Source: Candidatus Dormiibacterota bacterium
Lineage (GTDB): Bacteria > Chloroflexota > Dormibacteria > Aeolococcales > Aeolococcaceae
Assembly (NCBI GenBank): GCA_036844485.1
Contig: DAIUFS010000003.1
Coordinates: forward strand, 11,191-75,190
Direction: 5' to 3'
Length of the DNA: 64,000 nucleotides
The position numbers and the translations under genes are program-made. Below, one piece after another: positions 1 to 8,871 of the stretch. Position 1 is the first letter of the stretch; the number at the start of each line of letters is the position of its first letter. Below the pieces are notes generated by a model. That model ran no database searches, had not been told where the DNA came from, and saw only the letters and a program-made list of their open reading frames with translations.

Positions 1-330
1 CCCGTCGAGCACCGCCGCCGATGACGACTCCTTGAGCACCCTGCTGAGGTCCTCCATGATGGGCATGGCCAGCTCGGCGACGGCCAGCGACGACAGGTAC
101 GCGTAGCCGAGATCGAGAACTTTGGGCCGGAGCTGGAACATCCGCCCGTCGGTGGCCACGTAGCCCAACTCCAGCAGGGTGAGCAGCAGCCGGCGGGCGG
201 TGGCCCGGCTCAGGTTGGTGCGCCGCGCCACATCGCTGAGCGTGAGCTCGGGCTCCTCCCGGCTGAAGGAGCGCAGCACGGCCAGGCCACGCTCGAGCGA
301 CTGCACGTAATCCGGTCTGGGTTCACCCAT
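1..330 (-). CDS. IclR-family transcriptional regulator, N-terminal 110 codons (rest lies beyond window start)
   Basis: My own translation of the minus strand from ATG 330-328 reads MGEPRPDYVQSLERGLAVLRSFSREEPELTLSDVARRTNLSRATARRLLLTLLELGYVATDGRMFQLRPK... This is the winged-HTH layout of PcaR/PobR-type IclR regulators. The gene is divergent from an aromatic catabolic operon. It is missing from the ORF track only because the window edge cuts it. Confidence 0.7.
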   Translation of the reverse strand, partial: MGEPRPDYVQSLERGLAVLRSFSREEPELTLSDVARRTNLSRATARRLLLTLLELGYVATDGRMFQLRPKVLDLGYAYLSSLAVAELAMPIMEDLSRVLKESSSAAVLDG

Positions 331-365
331 TGACAGCCGCCGCGAGCCTCCCTACAGTTGGCGCT

Positions 366-399
366 GTTCGTTATGCGGATGAATGTTCGCATAGTGAAC
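366..399. promoter_or_regulatory. Imperfect inverted repeat in the divergent IclR/operon intergenic region (candidate IclR operator)
   Basis: GTTCGTTATGCG-N10-CGCATAGTGAAC, with 10 of 12 arm positions complementary, plus a direct TGTTCG repeat. It lies between the regulator start (330) and the operon start (434). Confidence 0.4.
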
Positions 400-433
400 G
401 CCCATCGTCAAGCGGGGTGCGGAGGTGCGGCGG

Positions 434-934
434 ATGCGGGAGTACGTGACTCAGTTCGGCTCGCTGGAGTCGTACGAGAAGGGCGGGGTCGAGATCATCG
501 ATGACGATCCGCGGCGCTACGCCTTCTCCAACGTCTTCGACGTCGCGGCACACAGCAAGCCGTACGAGAAGGTCGCTGTCGGCAAGAACCGGCAGTACGT
601 GCTCGAGGCGATCCGCGCCGAGGGTGATTCGGAGTGGCGCGCCGCCCCCCACGACGAGTTTGCCCTGGTGATGGACGGCGAGGTCGAGGTGGTCCTCCAT
701 CAGCTCGTGCCCGACGAGCGTCCGGCGGAGGACACCGACGGGTCCGTTGGCCTGGGACACGACCCCGCCGGCACCCGCATGGGCCGCGTGGTGGCACGGC
801 GCGGGCACATGGCGCTGCTCCCCGCGGGAAGCGCCTACCAATTCCGCGCCGAACGACCCAGCGTCATCCTCCTCCAGACCATCGCCGGCGAGGGGACCGT
901 GGAACGCTGGAACGAGATCTGTCAGACGCACTGA
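434..934 (+). CDS. Putative hydroquinone 1,2-dioxygenase small subunit (PnpC/HapC/HqdA-like)
   Basis: ORF 425..934. GGAGG at 421-425 favours ATG 434 over GTG 425. A protein of about 166 aa sits directly 5' of a 327-aa partner, matching the small/large subunit sizes of two-subunit hydroquinone dioxygenases. The context is semialdehyde dehydrogenase, maleylacetate reductase and hydroxyquinol dioxygenase. Confidence 0.5.
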   Translation: MREYVTQFGSLESYEKGGVEIIDDDPRRYAFSNVFDVAAHSKPYEKVAVGKNRQYVLEAIRAEGDSEWRAAPHDEFALVMDGEVEVVLHQLVPDERPAEDTDGSVGLGHDPAGTRMGRVVARRGHMALLPAGSAYQFRAERPSVILLQTIAGEGTVERWNEICQTH

Positions 935-958
935 CTGTTCACAGGAGTCAATAGAGAG

Positions 959-1942
959 ATGGCCATCGCGGAAGAGCACGTGGTCCGGGCATCCGAGCCC
1001 AATGCATACGGGTACCAGGATTTCACCCTTGGCGACTTTCATTTCCGGCGCGATGAGTACTTCGTGCACATCGCCTGGCCCACCGGTCACCACGTGATCT
1101 CGGTGGACGCCTTTCTCCGCGCCATGCAGCGTGACGTGGCCTGGAACTTCTTCTACGGTATCGTCAACTTCGACGGCGTCATCGGCACCATGAACCACTA
1201 CGGCAGCGTCGACCTCTTCGCGGGCCGCTACAACGACTCCTACCGCAAGGCGGAGCTCGACCACCTCCAGAACTTTCCCCACGATCAGATCAAGACCACC
1301 TTCGAGCACATGCTCGCCGACTGGACCAACGCGGGCTTCGACCCGTTCGCGAGTCCTGAGGAGACGGGCAGCGCCTTCGGCGACAAGAACGGAGACAACA
1401 TCGAGGCGGTGACCCGTCAGCGCGTCACCGCTGCGCGCATGGTGTCGTGCACCAACGACGAGCAGATCCGCACCGACGCGACGCACTCGATCAACCGCAT
1501 GTTCGCCGACGTGCCCCAGGACAGCCCTGAGGTCGAGCCCGAGGCGGGCTTCGAGGATGATGTCAAGGCATTCAACCTCTTCGCCTACCTCTCGCGTTCC
1601 AATGTGACCTGGAACCCGTCGGTGGTGAGCGTCTGCAAGGACAGTCTCGCCTGCCCAACCACGGAGGAGTACATCCTGCCGATCATCCACGGCAACGACC
1701 GTGTCGAATGGTTCGTGCAGCTCAGCGACGAGATCGAGTGGGCGGTCGAGGACCGCGACAGTGGTGCGGCCCGATCGCGCGTGGTCATGAAGGCCGGCGA
1801 CGTCGCGGCGATGCCCGCCAACATCCGCCACCAGGGCTACTCGCCGAAGCGATCGATGCTGCTGGTCTGGGAGAACAACGACCCCGGCCTCCCCGCGCTG
1901 TTCGCCAGCGGCGCGGTGCCCAGCCATCCGATCGACTTCTAG
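959..1942 (+). CDS. Putative hydroquinone 1,2-dioxygenase large subunit (PnpD/HapD/HqdB-like)
   Basis: 327-aa ORF with AGGAG-like 'caggag' upstream. The assignment rests on size, pairing with the small subunit and pathway context. I could not confirm metal ligands by eye. Confidence 0.5.
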   Translation: MAIAEEHVVRASEPNAYGYQDFTLGDFHFRRDEYFVHIAWPTGHHVISVDAFLRAMQRDVAWNFFYGIVNFDGVIGTMNHYGSVDLFAGRYNDSYRKAELDHLQNFPHDQIKTTFEHMLADWTNAGFDPFASPEETGSAFGDKNGDNIEAVTRQRVTAARMVSCTNDEQIRTDATHSINRMFADVPQDSPEVEPEAGFEDDVKAFNLFAYLSRSNVTWNPSVVSVCKDSLACPTTEEYILPIIHGNDRVEWFVQLSDEIEWAVEDRDSGAARSRVVMKAGDVAAMPANIRHQGYSPKRSMLLVWENNDPGLPALFASGAVPSHPIDF

Positions 1943-1954
1943 TACCGGACGGCA

Positions 1955-3484
1955 ATGATCGAGGCCACGGCAGGGCGGCACACTCGTATCGACACGGCGC
2001 GCCTGCGCACGCGGTTGTTCATCGGGGGCCACTGGGTCGATGCCCTGGCCGGAGGCGAGCTGGAGGTTCTCGACCCCCACGACGGCTCGCTCATCACCCG
2101 TATCGCTGAGGCTCGCGAGGAGGACGTCGACCGCGCGGTCGGCGCCGCGCACGATGCGCTGCCGGCGTGGGCGGCGATGGCGGCAGCGGAACGCGGCCGC
2201 ATCCTGCTCCGCCTCGCAGATCTCATCGAGGCCAACGCCGAGGAGCTGGCGGTCCTCGAGTCCCTCGACACCGGCCACCCCATCCGCGACACCACCCGCC
2301 TCGATGTGCCCAGGACGGCGGCGACATTCCGCTACTTCGGCGGCATGGCTGACAAGCTCGAGGGCTCCGTGATCCCCGTGGAGCGCGGATTCCTCAACTA
2401 CCTGCTGCGCGAGCCCATCGGGGTGGTGGGGCAGATCGTGCCCTGGAACTTCCCGCTGATGTTCACCAGCTGGAAGCTCGGTCCGGCGCTGGCGGCGGGG
2501 AATACCGTGGTGCTCAAGCCGAGCGAGCTGACGCCCCTGACCAGCCTGCGGGTCGGTGAGCTGCTGGCGGAGGCGGGTTTGCCCGACGGTGTCGTCAACA
2601 TCGTCCCCGGGTTCGGCCGGACGGCGGGGTGGAGGATCGTCACCCACCCCGGCATCGCCAAGGTCAGCTTCACGGGCTCGACCGCGGTGGGCCGGCGCCT
2701 CGTCGAGGGCAGCGCGGCGACGCTCAAACGCCTCCAGCTCGAGCTCGGCGGCAAGGGCGCCAACATCGTCTTCGAGGACGCCGACATCGCCGCGGCGGTG
2801 AACGGGTCAGCGTTCGCCATCTTTCACAACCAGGGTCAGGCATGCATCGCCGGCTCGCGGCTGATCATCCACGAGCGCATCGCGGACGAGTTCCTGGCGC
2901 GCTTCCTCGAGCTCGCCCAGTCCATCCGCGTCGGCGACCCGCTCGATCCCGCGACCGAGATGGGGCCGTTGACATCGGCGACGCACCGCGACCGCGTTGT
3001 CGAATATGTCGCGGTGGCCAGGCAGGAGGGTGGTGAGATCCTCTGCGGCGGCGCGGCACCCAGCGACCAGTCGCTGGCCAACGGCTACTACATCCGCCCC
3101 ACGGTGGTGCGAGCCGCTGCCGGCGCGCGGATCAACCGCGAGGAGGTCTTCGGTCCATTCGTCAGCGTGACCACCTTCGCCGACGAGGCCGAGGCGCTGC
3201 GCATCGCCAACTCGAGCGACTACGGTCTTGGCGGCGGGCTCTGGACGCGCGACGTATCGCGAGCGCACCGGGTGGCGGCAGCGCTGAAGACCGGCATGGT
3301 GTGGATCAACGCGTACAAGCGCGTGTCACCGGCCTCGCCATTCGGCGGTGTCGGCGCCTCCGGGTACGGGCGCGAGATGGGCTTCGAGGCCATGCACGAG
3401 TACACCCAGCCGAAGTCCGTCTGGGTGAACGTGGACGCCGACCTGCCCGCGTGGTACCCACGCGATGGTGGTTCGCCCGCTTGA
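1955..3484 (+). CDS. NAD(P)-dependent aldehyde dehydrogenase, probably 4-hydroxymuconic semialdehyde dehydrogenase
   Basis: 509 aa with ALDH signatures ELGGKGANIVFEDAD and the catalytic Cys in FHNQGQACIAGSRL, plus VPWNFPL. The specific substrate is inferred from operon context. Confidence 0.85.
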   Translation: MIEATAGRHTRIDTARLRTRLFIGGHWVDALAGGELEVLDPHDGSLITRIAEAREEDVDRAVGAAHDALPAWAAMAAAERGRILLRLADLIEANAEELAVLESLDTGHPIRDTTRLDVPRTAATFRYFGGMADKLEGSVIPVERGFLNYLLREPIGVVGQIVPWNFPLMFTSWKLGPALAAGNTVVLKPSELTPLTSLRVGELLAEAGLPDGVVNIVPGFGRTAGWRIVTHPGIAKVSFTGSTAVGRRLVEGSAATLKRLQLELGGKGANIVFEDADIAAAVNGSAFAIFHNQGQACIAGSRLIIHERIADEFLARFLELAQSIRVGDPLDPATEMGPLTSATHRDRVVEYVAVARQEGGEILCGGAAPSDQSLANGYYIRPTVVRAAAGARINREEVFGPFVSVTTFADEAEALRIANSSDYGLGGGLWTRDVSRAHRVAAALKTGMVWINAYKRVSPASPFGGVGASGYGREMGFEAMHEYTQPKSVWVNVDADLPAWYPRDGGSPA

Positions 3485-3485
3485 C

Positions 3486-4313
3486 ATGGCTGAGCTGAGC
3501 ACTCTGCGCGAGGCCGTCGCTGACCTTGTTCACGACGGGGACACGGTCGCGCTCGAGGGGTTCACGCACCTGATCCCCTTCGCCGCCGGCCACGAGATCA
3601 TCCGCCAGCAGCGACGTCACCTCACTCTGGTCCGCCTCACCCCTGACGTTATCTTCGACCAGATGATCGGCATGGGTGTCGCCGACGCGCTGGTCTTCTC
3701 CTGGGGTGGCAACCCGGGCGTTGGCTCACTGCACAGGTTCCGCGACGCTGTCGAACACGACTGGCCACGGCCGCTGCGCATCGAGGAACACAGTCACGCC
3801 GGGATGGCCAACCGCTACGTGGCCGGAGCGTCGAGGCTGCCGTTCGCCGTCGTGCGCGGGTATGCGGGCACCGACCTGTTGGCGCACACACCGACCCTCG
3901 CGCCGATCACGTGCCCGTTCACCGGTGAGCAGCTGACCGCGGTTGCCGCGCTCAATCCCGACGTGTCCATCATCCACGCGCAGCAGGCGGATCGGCAGGG
4001 CAACGTCATGCTCTGGGGCATCACCGGGATCCAGAAGGAGGCAGTGCTCAGCGCCAGCAGGGCGATCGTCACGGTGGAGGAGGTGGTCGACGAGTTGGTG
4101 CCCCGGCCGTACGCCGTCGTGCTTCCCCACTGGGTGCTCGACGCCGTTGTGCTGGTCCCCAACGGTGCCCATCCGTCGTACGCGCAGGACTACACCGAAC
4201 GCGACAACGACTTCTACGTCCGCTGGGACGCCATCAGCCGCGATCGTGAGGTGTTCCTCGACTGGATGGCGAAGAACGTGATGGCCGCCAACGCTGACCC
4301 GGTCTCCGTGTGA
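3486..4313 (+). CDS. CoA-transferase subunit A (3-oxoadipate:succinyl-CoA transferase, CatI/glutaconate-CoA-transferase type)
   Basis: ORF 3465..4313. ATG 3486 lies just after the ALDH stop. About 275 aa followed by a 262-aa B subunit, as in CatIJ-type 3-oxoadipate CoA-transferases. N-terminus: LREAVADLVHDGDTVALEGF. Confidence 0.7.
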   Translation: MAELSTLREAVADLVHDGDTVALEGFTHLIPFAAGHEIIRQQRRHLTLVRLTPDVIFDQMIGMGVADALVFSWGGNPGVGSLHRFRDAVEHDWPRPLRIEEHSHAGMANRYVAGASRLPFAVVRGYAGTDLLAHTPTLAPITCPFTGEQLTAVAALNPDVSIIHAQQADRQGNVMLWGITGIQKEAVLSASRAIVTVEEVVDELVPRPYAVVLPHWVLDAVVLVPNGAHPSYAQDYTERDNDFYVRWDAISRDREVFLDWMAKNVMAANADPVSV

Positions 4314-5098
4314 GCAGCGCCAACGGCGCCGTCGCCACCGCGACCGCCACCGCCGACCAGCGCATGACCATCGCCGCCGCCCGCCGGTTGAGTGACGGGG
4401 CGGTCTGTTTCGTCGGCATCGGCAAGCCCGGCGTCGCCACCAACCTGGCTCGGCGGACGCATGCGCCACGCTGTGTGCTGGTGTACGAGTCCGGCACCAT
4501 CGGGGCCAAGCCGAGACGGCTGCCACTCTCGATCGGTGACGGGGAGCTGGCGCAGACGGCGGACCTGATCGTGCCGCTCCCCGAGATCTTCAACTACTGG
4601 CTCACCGGCGGACGGATCGACGTCGGCTTCCTGGGCGCGGCGCAGATCGACCGGCGCGGCAACATCAACACCACCGTCATCGGTGACTACGCGCATCCCA
4701 CGGTGCGTCTCCCCGGGGCGGGAGGCGCACCCGAGATCGCTGCCTGCGCGCGAGAGGTCTTCGTCATGGCCACCCACTCGCCGCGCGTGTTCGTGGAGCG
4801 GCTGGATTTCCTCACCTCCGCGGGAGGGTTGGACGGCCCCGGGTCGCGGCAGGCACTCGGCCTTCCGGGTCGCGGCGTCACCACGGTGATCACGGACCTG
4901 GGGATCCTCAGCCTCGACGAGGAGTCCGCCGAGCTGTGTCTCACCACCGTGCACGCCGGCGTGACCGTCTCCGATGTCGTCGCCGCCACCGGCTGGCCAC
5001 TCCGCGTCAGCCCGTCGGTCAGTGTTGAGCCGCCACCCACGGCGGCGGAGCTCGCCGCCTTGAGCGCCCTGCTCGCCATAACCCCGCCGGCGTCATGA
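4310..5098 (+). CDS. CoA-transferase subunit B
   Basis: 262-aa ORF. The GTG start overlaps the subunit A stop (GTGTGA at 4308-4313). Paired A/B architecture. Confidence 0.7.
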   Translation: MSSANGAVATATATADQRMTIAAARRLSDGAVCFVGIGKPGVATNLARRTHAPRCVLVYESGTIGAKPRRLPLSIGDGELAQTADLIVPLPEIFNYWLTGGRIDVGFLGAAQIDRRGNINTTVIGDYAHPTVRLPGAGGAPEIAACAREVFVMATHSPRVFVERLDFLTSAGGLDGPGSRQALGLPGRGVTTVITDLGILSLDEESAELCLTTVHAGVTVSDVVAATGWPLRVSPSVSVEPPPTAAELAALSALLAITPPAS

Positions 5099-6177
5099 GC
5101 CTCGCATTCACCTGGGAGGCCCTGCCATCGCGGGTGACGCTGCGCCACGGCGCCCTGGACGCGATCGGCGACGAGGTGACGCGCGCTCGAGGTGCACGCG
5201 CGCTGGTGATCGGCGGCGGGGCGGCCATAGCCGATGGGCTGCAGCGGGTCGTGCAGCTGCTTGGGGATCGCGTGGTCGCGGTCATCGAGGACGCCGCGCA
5301 GCACGTGCCAGCCGACAGCGCGGCATCGGCTGCGGCGCGCGCTCGAGAAGTCGGTGCCGACATCCTGGTCACCATCGGCGGCGGCTCGGCAACCGGCCTG
5401 GGCAAGGCCGTGGCGGTGACGTGCTCGCTGCCCCTGATCGCCATCCCCACCACGTACGCCGGCTCGGAGATGACACCCGTGTGGGGACGCACGGAGGGCG
5501 GTCGCAAGGTCACAACTCGCGACGATCGCGCCCTGCCGGTTGCCGTCCTCTACGACCCGGCGCTCTATCGCGGGATGCCGGCACGGCTGGCGGCGGCATC
5601 AGGGATGAACGCTCTCGCCCATTGCCTGGAGGCACTGTGGCTGCCCGCCACCAGCCCAATGACGTGCGCTCTTGCGGAGCTCGGGGTCCGGCAGCTCACC
5701 GCCGGGCTGCCACGCGTCGTCGCTGATCCCGACGACACGGACGCGCACGCGGAGATGCTTGTCGGCGCCTGCCTGGCCGGAGTGTCGTTTGCGCAAGCGG
5801 GGAGCGGAATCCACCACCGAACCTGTCATGTCCTGGGCGGCGGATGGAACCTGCCCCACGCCGAGACCCACGCCGTCATCCTGCCGCACTCGACCGCGCT
5901 GGTCGCCGCCCACAGCCGCGACGCGGCGCAGCGCCTCAGCGACGTAATGGGTGGTGACCCGGCGCAGCAGGTGTTCACGCTGCTGGACCAGCTTGACCTG
6001 CCCCGGTCGCTCGCCGAGATTGGGCTTCCCGAGTCGGCCCTGCCCGAGGCCGCGCAACGAGTTCTAGCTGCGTCGCGTGACGACCCGCTCGCCGACGAGT
6101 CAGCCGTCAGTGAGATGCTCGCCGCGGCGTACGCCGGTCGAGCTCCAAGCGACTCATCGAGGAGGATTCTTGTATGA
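5095..6177 (+). CDS. Maleylacetate reductase (iron-containing alcohol dehydrogenase family)
   Basis: 360 aa with GGGSATGLGKA and a PTTYAGSE motif, as in Fe-ADH/maleylacetate reductases. ATGA overlap with the upstream gene. Confidence 0.8.
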   Translation: MSLAFTWEALPSRVTLRHGALDAIGDEVTRARGARALVIGGGAAIADGLQRVVQLLGDRVVAVIEDAAQHVPADSAASAAARAREVGADILVTIGGGSATGLGKAVAVTCSLPLIAIPTTYAGSEMTPVWGRTEGGRKVTTRDDRALPVAVLYDPALYRGMPARLAAASGMNALAHCLEALWLPATSPMTCALAELGVRQLTAGLPRVVADPDDTDAHAEMLVGACLAGVSFAQAGSGIHHRTCHVLGGGWNLPHAETHAVILPHSTALVAAHSRDAAQRLSDVMGGDPAQQVFTLLDQLDLPRSLAEIGLPESALPEAAQRVLAASRDDPLADESAVSEMLAAAYAGRAPSDSSRRILV

Positions 6178-6995
6178 CAGCCGGCACTGATACGGTCCCC
6201 GTGTTGACGTCGGATCCTCGCGCGACGGACCGCCTGCGCACCGCCGTGGCACGAGCGGTGGAGACATTGCACGAGCTGGTGCGCGAGCTCGACCTCAACG
6301 AGTCGGAGCTGCACGCGCTGGTCGGGTTTCTCACCCGCGTGGGCCAGGCGGACGAGTTCATGCTGCTCTCCGACATCACCCGGACCTCGATCCTGGTCGA
6401 CGAATTGACCCACGCAATGTCCAGCAACGGGGCGACCGCCACCAACGTGCTCGGCCCGATGTACCGGCCTGGGGCCGAGGTGTCCGACACGCCCGCCGTC
6501 ATCGCCAGGGTCGAGCAGGGCGATGACGCGCTGACGCTCAGCGGCCGCGTCTCCGATGCCTCCACCGGCCTGCCGCTGCCCGGTGCGCTGATCGACATCT
6601 GGCAGACAAGCCAGGCGGGGCTGTACGACGACCAGGACCCCGGGCAACCGCCGGGCAACTTGCGCGGCGTCATCCGCTGCGACGACCAGGGCAGCTACCA
6701 GGTGCGCACCGTCATCCCCGGTCCGTACCGCATCGCCAGCATGAACGGCCCCGTGTACGCGTTGCTGAACTCGCTGGGCAGGCATGACAACCGCCCCGGA
6801 CACATCCACCTCCGCATCACCGCGCCAGGCCACCAGCCACTGACCACCATGCTGTTCATGGCCGGGGACGCGTGGCTCGGCGACGACGTCATCGGCGCCG
6901 TCAAACCGGAGCTGGTGATCACCCCGCGCCGCACCGCCAGAAACGCCTTCGAAGCGGAGTTCGACGTGGCCCTGGCACCCGAGGCGGTGCCGTGA
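6174..6995 (+). CDS. Intradiol ring-cleavage dioxygenase (hydroxyquinol 1,2-dioxygenase-like)
   Basis: 273 aa with IDIWQTSQAGLYD and GHIHLRITAPGH, the intradiol dioxygenase Fe(III)-ligand regions. ATGA overlap with the maleylacetate reductase gene. Confidence 0.8.
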   Translation: MTAGTDTVPVLTSDPRATDRLRTAVARAVETLHELVRELDLNESELHALVGFLTRVGQADEFMLLSDITRTSILVDELTHAMSSNGATATNVLGPMYRPGAEVSDTPAVIARVEQGDDALTLSGRVSDASTGLPLPGALIDIWQTSQAGLYDDQDPGQPPGNLRGVIRCDDQGSYQVRTVIPGPYRIASMNGPVYALLNSLGRHDNRPGHIHLRITAPGHQPLTTMLFMAGDAWLGDDVIGAVKPELVITPRRTARNAFEAEFDVALAPEAVP

Positions 6996-7034
6996 CCGTA
7001 GGTCGGCTGGACGGCAGCGCACGAAGAACCCGTT

Positions 7035-7955
7035 GTGGCTGATCGGTTTGCCGGCCCGTCGGACGTTCGTGACCGGCTCCGCTCCGCCGACTACCTTGCC
7101 GATGATGCGGTCGCAGTGGCGCTGTTCCTCGCGGATCGGCTCGATCGTCCGCTGCTGGCTGAGGGTCCCGCGGGTGTGGGCAAGACCGAGCTCGCCAAGG
7201 CGGCGGCCACAGCGGCCGGCGCGCGGCTGATCCGCCTGCAGTGCTACGAGGGTCTCGACGAGAGTCGCGCGCTGTACGAATGGAACTACCGCAAGCAGCT
7301 GCTCCGCATCCAGGCATCGCCCACGACGGAAGGCAGCGGCGCGCCGGGATGGTCGGCGGTTGAGGAGAGCATCTTCGATGAGTCATTCCTGCTGCCGCGA
7401 CCCCTGCTCGAGGCGATCCGTGCCACGGACGACGTGGTGCTGCTCATCGACGAGGTCGATCGCCTCGAGGTCGAGACGGAGGCTCTGCTTCTCGAGGTGC
7501 TCGCCGAGTTCCAGGTGACCATCCCCGAGCTGGGCACGGTGCGCGCCGAGCGGCGGCCGCTCGTGATCCTCACCAGCAACAGCACGCGAGAGCTCGGCGA
7601 GGCGCTCCGCAGGCGCTGCCTGTACGTGCCCCTCGACTACCCGACGCCGGCGCGCGAGGCGGAGATCATCCGCACCCGAGCTCCTGGCATCGACGAGCAG
7701 CTCGCCGCGGATGTCGCGCGCTTTCTCCAGGCGGCGCGACGCCTCGATCTGCGCAAGCGGCCATCCATCAGCGAGGCGATCGACTGGGCGCGAGCACTTG
7801 CGGCGCTGGGCAAGATCAGCATCACCGATGACGTTGTCGCCACCACGTTGCCGGTCCTGTTCAAGACGCGGTCAGACATGGAGACCGCCCGGCGGCACTT
7901 TCTCGGCGCCGCCATCGACGCGGAGTCACCGAGCGCAGCCATCGAGAAGCGCTGA
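7035..7955 (+). CDS. MoxR-type AAA+ ATPase (CoxD/AAA_5-like)
   Basis: 306 aa with Walker A GPAGVGKT and Walker B VLLIDEVDR. The stretch RLQCYEGLDESRALYEWNY is typical of this MoxR subgroup. GTG start. Confidence 0.8.
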   Translation: MADRFAGPSDVRDRLRSADYLADDAVAVALFLADRLDRPLLAEGPAGVGKTELAKAAATAAGARLIRLQCYEGLDESRALYEWNYRKQLLRIQASPTTEGSGAPGWSAVEESIFDESFLLPRPLLEAIRATDDVVLLIDEVDRLEVETEALLLEVLAEFQVTIPELGTVRAERRPLVILTSNSTRELGEALRRRCLYVPLDYPTPAREAEIIRTRAPGIDEQLAADVARFLQAARRLDLRKRPSISEAIDWARALAALGKISITDDVVATTLPVLFKTRSDMETARRHFLGAAIDAESPSAAIEKR

Positions 7956-7960
7956 AGCTC

Positions 7961-8467
7961 TCAGACCCTCGTCGTGGTCACTGTGACATCGACGCCACCC
8001 CGGAGCGTCTGGTACACCACGCAGTACCGCACCGTCAGCCGCAGGAGGGTGGCCACGGCCTCCTCTGACGCGTCGGTGTCGAGGTCGAAGCCGAGGCGGA
8101 TCGTCCGGAATCCCACCGGGGCCGTCTTGTCCACGCCGAGCGTGCCCCGCATGTCGAGCTCACCCTCGGCATGCACCGCTCCGGTCACCGGGATCTCCAG
8201 CGAGGTGGCCACGGCTCGCAGGGTCACGCCGGCACAGGCAACCAGCGCCTGCAGAAGCATGTCGCCCGAGCAGACTTGAAGCCCGTCGCCACCGGTGGAG
8301 GGATGCAGGCCGGCGTCGACGAGCGCCCGTCCCGTCGCCACCGAGCACACGATGTCCTCGCCGTCGAGCCGTCCCGACGCGCTCAGCGTGATCAGCGCTG
8401 CCCCGGGATCCTCCTGGTAGCGCCGCTTGATCGGACCCTGAACCGCCTGGAGTTGCTCGCGCTGCAT
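7961..8467 (-). CDS. OsmC-family peroxiredoxin-like protein
   Basis: 168 aa with two conserved Cys contexts (QVCSGDMLL and LVACAGVTL) and overall OsmC/Ohr-like length. Confidence 0.7.
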   Translation of the reverse strand: MQREQLQAVQGPIKRRYQEDPGAALITLSASGRLDGEDIVCSVATGRALVDAGLHPSTGGDGLQVCSGDMLLQALVACAGVTLRAVATSLEIPVTGAVHAEGELDMRGTLGVDKTAPVGFRTIRLGFDLDTDASEEAVATLLRLTVRYCVVYQTLRGGVDVTVTTTRV

Positions 8468-8492
8468 CCCACCGCTCCTGTGTCGACCGGCG

Positions 8493-8789
8493 TCAGGCGA
8501 CGTCGGCGGTCGATGGAACGTCCGCTGTCGATGGATCGATCACCCGCGAGACCTCGCTGACCCGGGTGGCCGGAAAGCCGCCACAGCGAGCGTGCTCGAA
8601 GATGATGTCGGCGTCCGGGGCGACGTAGACGCAGTACAGCTTGTCCTGGGTCACATAGCTCTGCAGCCAGCGGATGTCCGGTCCAAGGTCGGCGATGACC
8701 TTGTTCGACTTCGCGGAGATGTCCTGCAACTGCTCGTCTGTGAGGTTGCCCGCCCCGGGCAGATCGCGCTCGATCAAGAACTTGGGCAT
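8493..8789 (-). CDS. DUF4242-like small protein (SCO4226-type)
   Basis: ORF 8493..8879 trimmed to ATG 8789, which is preceded by AGGAGG. MPKFLIERDLPGAGNLTDEQL...YVTQDKLYCVYVAPD matches the DUF4242 pattern as I remember it. The C-terminal STADVPSTADVA is a short tandem duplication. Confidence 0.6.
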   Translation of the reverse strand: MPKFLIERDLPGAGNLTDEQLQDISAKSNKVIADLGPDIRWLQSYVTQDKLYCVYVAPDADIIFEHARCGGFPATRVSEVSRVIDPSTADVPSTADVA

Positions 8790-8809
8790 TGCGACGATCC
8801 TCCTTGGTA

Positions 8810-8871
8810 CCATACCTGTGGTATGGGAACTCCCATACCGATAGTGGGGCAGTATGCATACCGTGAGTATG
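8810..8871. promoter_or_regulatory. Triple CATAC-N5-GTATG-type operator array in the TetR/DUF4242 divergent region
   Basis: CCATACctgtgGTATGG (8810-8826, perfect), CATACcgataGTGgG (8833-8847, imperfect) and CATACcgtgaGTATG (8857-8871, perfect). The last overlaps the first codons of the TetR gene. Confidence 0.6.

Noticed and set aside
371-2647. 758-aa minus-strand ORF spanning the first three operon genes
   Set aside because: It is antisense to three plus-strand genes with clear family motifs. Its translation is Arg/Pro/Gly/Ala/His-rich low-complexity sequence, typical of spurious long ORFs in high-GC DNA.
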